From Candidatus Saccharimonadota bacterium (lineage in GTDB: Bacteria > Pseudomonadota > Alphaproteobacteria > CAJXXZ01 > 1604HC), in contig NZ_CP043314.1 of assembly GCF_008189525.1 (NCBI RefSeq), positions 390,001 to 422,000 on the forward strand: a stretch of 32,000 bases of DNA, in the 5' to 3' direction. A program made the translations under genes and the position numbers. Positions 10,007 to 18,034 of the stretch are shown here, one piece after another (position 1 is the first letter of the stretch; every line of letters begins with the position of its first letter). Below the pieces are notes generated by a model, which saw only the letters and a program-made list of their open reading frames with translations, searched no databases and had not been told where the DNA came from.

Positions 10007-11527
10007 TTATATGTTTTGTATAAAATCAAACATCAATCTAACTCCAAATCCAGTAGATTTCCTTAAATTAATCATTGATTTATGAGATGTGTAAGCAGTT
10101 CCAGCTATATCTATATGAGCCCATTTTGTATCTTTTTTAACAAATCTTTGCAAAAACTGAGCTGCTGTAATACTTCCAGCCCCAGATCCAGGTTTTTGTA
10201 TATTACACATATCTGCTATATCACTGTCTATAAGCTTGTCGTAGTTTTTATGCAAAGGTAACCTACACAAAAATTCAGACTTCCTTTTTCCTGATTTTAT
10301 CAAAGATTCAGACAAAAAGTCGTCATTAGAAAACAATCCTGCAAAAAGTTCTCCCAAACCTACTACAACTGATCCAGTAAGAGTTGCAAAGTCAATAACT
10401 GTTTTAGCATTTAATTTTTCTTGAATGTACCAAAGCGCATCACACAATATAAGCCTACCTTCTGCATCAGTATTTAAAACTTCAATAGTCTGACCAGACA
10501 TGGCAGAGATTACATCTCCTGGCTTTAATGCAGATCCAGAAGGCATGTTCTCTACACAAGGCATTACAGCAACAACATTTTTCTTAGAGTTTGTATCAGA
10601 CAAAAGCTTCATAATGGACAAAACATTGGCAGCTCCAGCCATATCAGTTTTCATATCTTCCATGCTTTTAGCAGGTTTTAAAGAAAGTCCTCCAGAATCA
10701 AATGTAACACCTTTACCTACAAGACCGAGAATTTCTCCTTCTCCCCCATAATATTCACAAACTATAAGCTTAGGCTTCTCTAAGCTTCCCTTAGAAACTT
10801 CTAATATTCCACCAGAAACTTCCTCTATAATTGTTATTTTTAGCTTTTTGTTTTCAGATTCTTTTTCAATTTTTTTTGCTTTTTCTGCAAAAATAGAAGG
10901 AGTAAGGAAGTTGCTTGGCATTTCCACCAATTCTCTTGCAAAGTTTGTACATTCACATATTTTTCTAACTTCATCAATTTCGTATGTTATTTTTTCTAAG
11001 CATTCTTTTAGATAATTTTTCTTTAACTCTGGATTCAAATTCATTTCATAAATGGCATCCCTAAGTGTTTGATTAAATTCATTAGTGTTAGAGTTATTAA
11101 ATTCAAGCAAACTTTTTTCTAAGTCAAAACTTAAGTTAATTTCCATTAAGCCTGATTTTGCCAAATTAGATTTATCCAAGCTTGCTTCTGAATCTTCATT
11201 ATTCATTGTTTTATGACCAGAATACTTCCAAGATCCTAACATCAATCCCTCGTAAAGTTTTTTTACTTTATCTCCAAAGCTTAGAAAGTTAGAGTTTAGA
11301 TCATTTGTTTCTGTTTCAAATAAATAATTACTATCTAAATTGACATTGTAATTATCTATCCCTATATGCTTTGATAATTCTATACCTATCAAAAGAAAAT
11401 CTTCTTCATTAGAAAAAAAAGTTATATTTCCATCTAACATTTCACATTTATTTTTCTTTGATTTTTTTATAGAAATAGTTTTGTCTAGCTTCATATCAAA
11501 ACATACTTTGAAAATCTTTTTATTCAT
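10007..11527 (-). CDS. pepA: Leucyl aminopeptidase (M17 family)
   Basis: M17 catalytic-domain motifs GKGVTFDSGGLSLKP and NTDAEGRLILCDAL. 506 aa. The complement just upstream of the ATG shows a GGTGGTG-like RBS. Confidence 0.95.
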   Translation of the reverse strand: MNKKIFKVCFDMKLDKTISIKKSKKNKCEMLDGNITFFSNEEDFLLIGIELSKHIGIDNYNVNLDSNYLFETETNDLNSNFLSFGDKVKKLYEGLMLGSWKYSGHKTMNNEDSEASLDKSNLAKSGLMEINLSFDLEKSLLEFNNSNTNEFNQTLRDAIYEMNLNPELKKNYLKECLEKITYEIDEVRKICECTNFARELVEMPSNFLTPSIFAEKAKKIEKESENKKLKITIIEEVSGGILEVSKGSLEKPKLIVCEYYGGEGEILGLVGKGVTFDSGGLSLKPAKSMEDMKTDMAGAANVLSIMKLLSDTNSKKNVVAVMPCVENMPSGSALKPGDVISAMSGQTIEVLNTDAEGRLILCDALWYIQEKLNAKTVIDFATLTGSVVVGLGELFAGLFSNDDFLSESLIKSGKRKSEFLCRLPLHKNYDKLIDSDIADMCNIQKPGSGAGSITAAQFLQRFVKKDTKWAHIDIAGTAYTSHKSMINLRKSTGFGVRLMFDFIQNI

Positions 11528-11642
11528 TTTACACCACCATTTCTTTTCTTAAATCCTTATATACTTTGTTTAGATTTATTTTTATTATTGCCTAAATATG
11601 AATATATAAGAAGTATTTCAGACAAGTTGTTTTATATTTTTT

Positions 11643-11750
11643 CTAACCTTGTTTGCTTATAAAAACAGAATCTATTTTTCTAATCCTATTTGCTTAAAAA
11701 AACAGAGTCTATTTTTTAATCTTCTTTGTTTACGAAAACAGAATTTTGAC
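11643..11750. repeat. Three tandem, progressively diverged ~37 bp copies spanning the stop codon of the TolC-like gene
   Basis: Copy A is 11643-11679 (ctaaccttgtttgcttataaaaacagaatctattttt). Copy B is 11680-11717 (ctaatcctatttgcttaaaaaaacagagtctatttttt) and matches A at about 32 of 37 positions. Copy C starts at 11717 (ttaatcttctttgtttacgaaaacagaattttgac) and forms the last ~11 codons plus stop of the gene. Confidence 0.7.
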
Positions 11751-13107
11751 TAAAGTACTTTTCTATCAATTCACCTTTATGGTGCATTAAAGTAAAGTAA
11801 GCTTTGCAAGCCTTTGAATAGCTACTAACAAGCTTTCCAAATGTATTGTTAACATCATTTTGAGCATAAATAATTTCATCTATAGAGTATTTCCTGCCTC
11901 TTTGTTCCAAATCATTCATGAAAAGCAATCTCTTAGCTTTTGCAGATTCCCTTTCATGTCTCAATGTTTTCTTGTTCATTGTTTTTTCCTCTAGACTATT
12001 TTCCAAAGAAAGGAATGATTCTAAAGCAGTGTTTTTTATTTTTCTTACTTCATTTAAGTAAAACTCTCTTAAATATAAAGTTGTTTTTGAATGGCTTACA
12101 GATGAAGTATAAGAATCGAATCCTAATTTAGATTTTAAAGAGATCTTTATACCTTTATCTGCTCCTGATGAGTTGCTAGCCAAAAGCTTACTTATATTAA
12201 GAGTAGGAAACACAGATTGGAAAACTTTTTTCTGAGCAGTTGTCATGTTATACATTCTTGCAATTCTAGCCTTATTTATTTCATGAGAATTTTTTAATAT
12301 TTTTGCTTCTTGCTTCTCCCAAGACTCTACATTTGGAACTCTTCCGATTCTTGATGGAACTTTAAAGTTCTTTATGTAATTAGAAAATTTCTTCTTTAAA
12401 AACAAGTACTTTCTCTTGTCTCTAAATAAATCTGTCTTTCTTTTTTGCAAATTAGCTTCTGCTGAGTGTAATTCACTTCTACTCATTACACCAATCTTTA
12501 TTCTAGCTTTAACTGCATTCAGCAAATCCTCACTAGTTTGTACATTGTGCTTAGATAAAGAAATTATGTATTTCTGAGATATTAAATCAATCAATACATT
12601 TATCACTTCATCAAGTAGAAACTTTGAAGCTTCATATCGAGCATCTTCTATAATTAGTTTATTCTTAGAATCCATTCTAACAATAGATGATATAAACCCT
12701 AAATCCATGCTAATCAACCTTGCATTTAAGGTTGCCTTATGATTACCAAGCTTATCTCCAACATAAGAAGAATCATAAGAAAAGTCCAAAGAAGGTAAAT
12801 ACTTAGCAAACTCTGAAAAATTTTCCCATTTTTCGCTGGACATTTTTTGTTTTAGGTACGAAAAATATATGTCAGAAGTAGCAACCTGCCTGATTACAGA
12901 ATCTAGCTCTTCTGTTGTTCCTCTAAAAACTTCTTCTAGCTTATTAAAATCGAAAGATCTTTCTAAGCTATATTTCTTTGAAACTAACTTGCTTTTGCTG
13001 TTATTGTAATTTTTTACACTCTTATTCATATTCTGTTTTGGGACAGAATTAATTACTGAAGTTATCAGTACAAAAGTAAATAATAATCTAAATGAGGTCA
13101 TGTTCAA
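11716..13107 (-). CDS. TolC-like outer-membrane efflux/secretion channel (OEP family)
   Basis: 463 aa with signal peptide (TSFRLLFTFVLITSVINSV). The sequence is long, helix-rich and two-fold repeated, with segments typical of outer membrane factor proteins (LLNAVKARIKIGVMSRSELHSAEANLQKRKTDL). The tracked start at 13107 is TTG. An ATG at 13101 is equally plausible. Confidence 0.6.
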   Translation of the reverse strand: MNMTSFRLLFTFVLITSVINSVPKQNMNKSVKNYNNSKSKLVSKKYSLERSFDFNKLEEVFRGTTEELDSVIRQVATSDIYFSYLKQKMSSEKWENFSEFAKYLPSLDFSYDSSYVGDKLGNHKATLNARLISMDLGFISSIVRMDSKNKLIIEDARYEASKFLLDEVINVLIDLISQKYIISLSKHNVQTSEDLLNAVKARIKIGVMSRSELHSAEANLQKRKTDLFRDKRKYLFLKKKFSNYIKNFKVPSRIGRVPNVESWEKQEAKILKNSHEINKARIARMYNMTTAQKKVFQSVFPTLNISKLLASNSSGADKGIKISLKSKLGFDSYTSSVSHSKTTLYLREFYLNEVRKIKNTALESFLSLENSLEEKTMNKKTLRHERESAKAKRLLFMNDLEQRGRKYSIDEIIYAQNDVNNTFGKLVSSYSKACKAYFTLMHHKGELIEKYFSQNSVFVNKED

Positions 13108-13228
13108 TTATTGCATTATATAACCTTGAAATCTAACCTTGTCATTTAAAAAATTTTATGTCTGAAATCACTTTCTTGTTTTCACACATTTCTTCATATT
13201 TATTCAATTCTTACAAGCATTAATAATT

Positions 13229-15625
13229 CTACTTTTTAGTTTGATTTTTATTTTTTCTATATTTCTTATTTTTGATTTGACTTGAAATTACTATACCTGA
13301 GATTAGAAACACCAAAGTTTCCCCCCAAGTGTCAAACAACCTAAGGTTTATAACAACATCATTTACTGTAGTCTCACTCGGGAAATAAAAACCGCTTGAA
13401 ACACTTTGCCAAAGGGCTGGATTTTTAGCAACAATGAATGCAGAAAACAAAAAACTATAAAACAATATTTTTAATATTTTAGAGCTGAATACAATTCTAT
13501 GGTCATTTTTCCAAAATTTATCATTATTCAATAAAATAATTGTAATCAATATATCTGCAATGACATTTGTAACGGCTATATCACTTCCTCCATATCTCAT
13601 GAAAAAACTTGTAACCCCGAGTCCAATAAAGTTCAGACCAACTATAATATTCAATTTGTTTCTAGAAAACACACACAAACACCCAGTAAACACAAATAAG
13701 AAAAATAATTTATCATAAAATGAACTTACAAAAAACAAATCATAAAACAATGATCCATTAATAAACTTGTTAAACTCACTATTAAATGAAAGACTTTCGT
13801 AAAAAGAACTATAAACCTGGCAAACTACACTTAATAAGAATAATGTAATGCAGAAAAACATTATATTTATATCCCTTAGCACGTACATTTTCCTAGCAAT
13901 AGCTTTGTAAATATAATTTGTAATATTAAAATTAGATAATTCTCCAATTTTGTGTAATATAGATTTTATTCTGCAATACTTAGTTGCTTTAAAAATCAAG
14001 AAACCTGTTGAAGAAACAATCAAGAAGCTAATTATATTGTAAGTAAAATTAAAAGAGCTAGGGCCTAAATTAAATATTTCCCTAACTGAATCTGAAATAA
14101 AAATACTTGGACACAAAAACAAAACAGGGTACAGAATAACTAAGTGTCTTTTCTCTAAAACAGGTACTGAGCCTTTCTTATGATTTATCTTGCTTTTTAT
14201 GTTTAGAATTCTGAATTTTAACTCTGAGATCATTTTAGTTTTAAACAGGAAATTTACAACAAATGCAGCGTGCAAAGATTTAATAAAAATACTAAATATT
14301 TTTAGTTTTTCTATTTTATATAAATCAGATGAAAATATAAATGGAAATCCAGTCATAATAAAGAAACAAGAAATCCATATAAACAAAGTAGAGAAGGGCT
14401 GTTTTCTCAAAGCTTCAGGACATGCTATGTAATTGCCAGAAGAGGGATAATCCGAGGCACTTGAATCATTTGAATTCTTATTTGAATTCTCATGCGAATC
14501 CTTATTTGAATCCTTATTTGAATTCTCATGCGAATCCTCATGCGAATCCCCACTTCCTGTTGCAATACTTACATTGTCATTTGATTTGCTTTCTATGATC
14601 TCTTGTAAGTTTACTTGCTTGGCATGCTTCAAATCCTGACAAGTCAAAAACATAACTGATTTATATACACAATGTACAAAAATCATTTTCATTATTGTAA
14701 AACTATCAACTACAAAGCTATAAAAAAGTAAAAAAGAAATATAAATCTGAGTAGTAGAGGCCAAATATTTCTTTAAATCTAACTTTTCTCTATTTAAATT
14801 TTTGAGAATACTTAAAGAAGTAATCATGGAAGAAAAAATAATTGTATTTTTAAAGAATACATTAGTATGTAAATAACTTAGATGAAACATGGACATAAAA
14901 ACTCCCATTTTAACTAAAGTACATGAATGTAAAAAAGCACTTACATATGGAGATGCATTTTTTGCGTAATCCAACCAACAAAAAGGGAATTGAGATGATT
15001 TTGTTAAAACAAAAATTGCAGCAGATATTCCTATTAAATCTGAAATATTTAAATTCAAATACTTAAAATACTTATAGTTATAAAAAAACTTCGAAAAGTT
15101 ACTTATAGCTTCTAAAGATCTCAAGTCACCAATCTCGTTACCAAGAAAAAATTTTGATTTAAAGCTTAAGGCAACAAAAATCATAAAAAACAAACCACCA
15201 AGCAAATTAGTAATTAATGGTATTCTTGCTTCTTTCTTGTCTTCTGCATTTTTGTACATCAAGAAATATGATAACCAAGTAGTAACTTCCCAAGAAATAA
15301 AAAGTAATGCAAAAGTTAGATTTTTAATTAGCTCTGTTTTGATGTTTGTTTCCATATTTCCTGTATTGATATATTTTTTTACAAACGTAGTAGTTATTGA
15401 TTTGCTACCAAAGAAAATTATAGAAAAGCATATAAATAAAAAAATTATATGCAACTTTTCCTTATCGTATAATATTTTTATACCTGAAAATCTTGTTCCA
15501 AAATCAAACTTACTAATAAAAAATAATCTGTACAAAAAAATAGGTATGCAAAACAAAATCAAACTAAGAAAAAATATTTCTGTAGGCTCTATATGCATAA
15601 AATTAAATATTGAGTTCAAAGTCAT
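13229..15625 (-). CDS. Divergent multisubunit cation/proton antiporter subunit A (MrpA/MnhA-type with fused MnhB-like C-terminus)
   Basis: 798 aa with more than 15 predicted TM helices. The proton-antiporter (NuoL/MrpA) core motif is recognisable: FCWLDYAKNASPYVSAFLHSCTLVKMGVF, compared with consensus WLPxAMxxPTPVSALLHxxTMVxAGV. The C-terminal FDTWGETLVFLISGIV matches the MnhB-domain DTxGE motif. A polar repeat insert interrupts it (see the repeat at 14471-14554). Confidence 0.6.
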   Translation of the reverse strand: MTLNSIFNFMHIEPTEIFFLSLILFCIPIFLYRLFFISKFDFGTRFSGIKILYDKEKLHIIFLFICFSIIFFGSKSITTTFVKKYINTGNMETNIKTELIKNLTFALLFISWEVTTWLSYFLMYKNAEDKKEARIPLITNLLGGLFFMIFVALSFKSKFFLGNEIGDLRSLEAISNFSKFFYNYKYFKYLNLNISDLIGISAAIFVLTKSSQFPFCWLDYAKNASPYVSAFLHSCTLVKMGVFMSMFHLSYLHTNVFFKNTIIFSSMITSLSILKNLNREKLDLKKYLASTTQIYISFLLFYSFVVDSFTIMKMIFVHCVYKSVMFLTCQDLKHAKQVNLQEIIESKSNDNVSIATGSGDSHEDSHENSNKDSNKDSHENSNKNSNDSSASDYPSSGNYIACPEALRKQPFSTLFIWISCFFIMTGFPFIFSSDLYKIEKLKIFSIFIKSLHAAFVVNFLFKTKMISELKFRILNIKSKINHKKGSVPVLEKRHLVILYPVLFLCPSIFISDSVREIFNLGPSSFNFTYNIISFLIVSSTGFLIFKATKYCRIKSILHKIGELSNFNITNYIYKAIARKMYVLRDINIMFFCITLFLLSVVCQVYSSFYESLSFNSEFNKFINGSLFYDLFFVSSFYDKLFFLFVFTGCLCVFSRNKLNIIVGLNFIGLGVTSFFMRYGGSDIAVTNVIADILITIILLNNDKFWKNDHRIVFSSKILKILFYSFLFSAFIVAKNPALWQSVSSGFYFPSETTVNDVVINLRLFDTWGETLVFLISGIVISSQIKNKKYRKNKNQTKK
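14471..14554. repeat. In-frame degenerate 12-nt tandem repeat (about 7 units) inside the MrpA-like gene
   Basis: Units on the + strand are tgaattcttatt, tgaattctcatg, cgaatccttatt, tgaatccttatt, tgaattctcatg, cgaatcctcatg and cgaatccccact. On the coding strand this gives a tetrapeptide periodicity: GDSH EDSH ENSN KDSN KDSH ENSN KNSN. Confidence 0.85.
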
Positions 15626-15703
15626 ATAAGACTGATTATTGTCAAATATTAGTTATTATCAAATAATTTCCTTCAAATTCTTCAAAAATTGAACTGAATG
15701 TCA

Positions 15704-17086
15704 TCAAATACTGTGTTTTGATACATTTTTCTTTTCAATGGAAGATTTTCCAAAATAGAAAAATACAGAAAAAATCACAGGAATTAACATTACCTTAACC
15801 AAGCTGTTCATCATTGATACAGATAAAGATGCGATAAAGAATGAAACATTATAAGATAATGTGTTCAAAGAATGACTATTATGTTTATACATGTTTTGCA
15901 AAGCATGGTTCATTGTGTAAGTAATTGATAATTGGGTAAACATCAAAAGGCAAAACAGAAAAAATGATATCTTAGTTGCCAAAATCAAGAAAACAACCCA
16001 AATGAATACGAAAATCTTTAATATATCTAAAGATCTCATATTATCCAAAAGTTTTACTATTTTATAAGCAAATATATTCATAAACAAAGCAGAGATATAT
16101 CCTATCAATCTATAAGCAGAAACTACATTAAAATCATAAGAACATTTTGTAGAAAAGAAGTTAGCAAAATATATATAAGTTATAATCAAAACAGCAGGCA
16201 TTAACATCATAGAAACAGAAAAAAAGAAATCCAAAAAATCATCTACATTTAAGTTTTTATAAATCATAAATACACTTTTAGATTTTTTATCGTACTTACT
16301 TTTATTTTCCTGATCTACATCCAAACCATTTTCAGAGTTATTTTCTAGATCTTCTTCAGAACTTAGTTCGCTATCTACTTTCCTAGGCTTAGAAAAATAC
16401 AGAATCACAGATCCAAGTATAGATCCAAATAAAAACGGAAATTTCCAATAAAAACTCACTATACTTTCTTTAGAGAAAAGTTTAGATAATAAAAACACAA
16501 CTAAAGAACATGCCAATGTTCCCAAAGAAGCTCCAGATATCACAAGACCAGCTTTTTCTGAAGAACTTGAAGAACTATTGTCCTTTCTATACTCCATACC
16601 TTTTAAGCTCTCAGTATCTTTTCCGCTTCTAACAAAAGAAATTGCAGAAGGTATTTGAGTGCCGTAAAAGAAACTTTGAACTATTCTGCAAATAATAAAT
16701 AAATATGTAGATACAATTCCTACCTGCTTATATGGAGGTATTAAACATATAAAAAATGTTATAAAACTAACACTAAACAAAGCAAATGTCATAATTTTCA
16801 TTCCAGTCAGTTTTTCTATTTTGTTTTTAAAAACAGACATCAGGAAAGAGCCAACAAGCCTTACTCCATACCCCATAGAGAAGAAATAAAATAAGGAGTT
16901 AAATTTTTCAGGGAAAAATATAACTGCTGTAAAAAATGACATTTCCATAAATAATATATAATCATAATATTCTACCGCTGTGGCAGAAAACGCTATAAAA
17001 TTCTTTAGATTGAACCTTCCAAACCACTGGCGTTTTTTATGATTACTTAAGTTTTCTTTAGTAAAATTCATTCTTTTTTTTATCAC
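15704..17086 (-). CDS. MFS transporter, ProP-like (proline/betaine-type) family
   Basis: 460 aa with about 12 TM helices. The N-terminus (FIAFSATAVEYYDYILF) resembles the ProP-type WYDF motif region. A central hydrophilic loop contains SELSSEEDLENNSENGLDVDQENK. The tracked start at 17086 is GTG. An ATG at 17071 is the alternative. Confidence 0.7.
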   Translation of the reverse strand: MIKKRMNFTKENLSNHKKRQWFGRFNLKNFIAFSATAVEYYDYILFMEMSFFTAVIFFPEKFNSLFYFFSMGYGVRLVGSFLMSVFKNKIEKLTGMKIMTFALFSVSFITFFICLIPPYKQVGIVSTYLFIICRIVQSFFYGTQIPSAISFVRSGKDTESLKGMEYRKDNSSSSSSEKAGLVISGASLGTLACSLVVFLLSKLFSKESIVSFYWKFPFLFGSILGSVILYFSKPRKVDSELSSEEDLENNSENGLDVDQENKSKYDKKSKSVFMIYKNLNVDDFLDFFFSVSMMLMPAVLIITYIYFANFFSTKCSYDFNVVSAYRLIGYISALFMNIFAYKIVKLLDNMRSLDILKIFVFIWVVFLILATKISFFLFCLLMFTQLSITYTMNHALQNMYKHNSHSLNTLSYNVSFFIASLSVSMMNSLVKVMLIPVIFSVFFYFGKSSIEKKNVSKHSI

Positions 17087-17248
17087 AATTAAAATTTCTT
17101 GTACATTTAATTAATAATTTTTATTTAATGATTTATTGAAAATATTAATATTCTAAATAACTATTAATTTTATACATCGATATAAGGTTATAAAGAATTA
17201 AAAGATTTATGTAAAGAAAGTAAACAACATATGAATATGATTTTAAAG

Positions 17249-17322
17249 CAGGCACTGTAGGATTCGAACCTACGACCATCTGATTAAGAGTCAGACGCTC
17301 TGCCAAACTGAGCTAAGTGCCC
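17249..17322 (-). tRNA. tRNA-Lys (anticodon CUU)
   Basis: Manual cloverleaf: GGGCACT TA GCTC AGTTTGGC AGAGC G TCTGA CTCTTAA TCAGA TGGTC GTAGG TTCGAAT CCTAC AGTGCCT G. The T-loop is TTCGAAT and the 1-72 pair is G-U. CCA is not encoded. Confidence 0.9.
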
Positions 17323-17444
17323 TTGCAGGTGGAATTATACTATGATTGTCTTAATAAAAAAAGATGTACGCTATTTAACTATATTTTGTTTATTTTAGGA
17401 CTATTTTATTATGTATTTCTTATAATGAAAATTAAGTATTAGTA

Positions 17445-17912
17445 TTACAGTTCAAGTGTAGGAACTTTCTGCTCTACAACTTTTCTTGAATCACATTCTT
17501 CATTTTCTTTAGATTCACTAGACTCTGAACCAAGTGAACACCCAGTCTTAGAACTTAACATTTCATCCATTAAATCATCACTTAAATCACAATCAGGTCC
17601 GTTAAATCCAAATAGGTCATATTTTCCTGACCTAGAATTCACACCTATTTCATTCAAAAAAGCTTTGTATTCAGCAGCTGGACTAACTCCTGTTTTGCCG
17701 TCTTCACCAAAATCTACAAATGTATTACTTCTAGACCCAAAAGAAACTCCTGTTGCTTCTCTTGAAAAATCAAAATCGTCTCCCATATCTCTTTTTTCTA
17801 CAAAATCACTCATTACAATATTTTTACCACCATTTCTAGAACAGGGTCTTTCATTCATTGCAAAACAAGCTGAAGTAGATATCAACAACAGAGATAAATA
17901 GAACTTTTTCAT
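17445..17912 (-). CDS. Hypothetical small secreted or lipid-anchored acidic protein
   Basis: 155 aa with signal peptide MKKFYLSLLLISTSACFA (possible weak lipobox TSAC). The mature part is rich in Asp, Glu, Ser, Gly and Phe (DFDF, FGS, DFGEDG). I recognise no family. It is divergently oriented to the first large paralog. Confidence 0.5.
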   Translation of the reverse strand: MKKFYLSLLLISTSACFAMNERPCSRNGGKNIVMSDFVEKRDMGDDFDFSREATGVSFGSRSNTFVDFGEDGKTGVSPAAEYKAFLNEIGVNSRSGKYDLFGFNGPDCDLSDDLMDEMLSSKTGCSLGSESSESKENEECDSRKVVEQKVPTLEL

Positions 17913-18034
17913 AACAAATAATACTCATTATCTCTTAACAATCTATTAATAAAGCAATAAAAAATTCCAATTACAACTCTAAAACTATTTGAAAACAATG
18001 TTTTTTATGTTTTGATAATATTAAGGAGGTTTGT

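Noticed and set aside
8661-17901. Short ORFs 8661-8894, 8729-8914, 10500-10751, 11940-12131, 14190-14432, 15237-15629 and 17665-17901, opposite the OMP, pepA, TolC-like, MrpA-like and 155 aa genes.
   Set aside because: These are shadow ORFs inside better-supported genes on the other strand and have no independent evidence.
17989-18021. Promoter-like TTGAAA (17989-17994) and GATAAT/TAATAT (18014-18021) upstream of paralog 1.
   Set aside because: The spacing is 19-21 nt, outside the 16-18 nt optimum, and the implied transcription start would fall on the RBS. Hexamers like these occur by chance everywhere in sequence this AT-rich. I made no promoter calls in this window for that reason.
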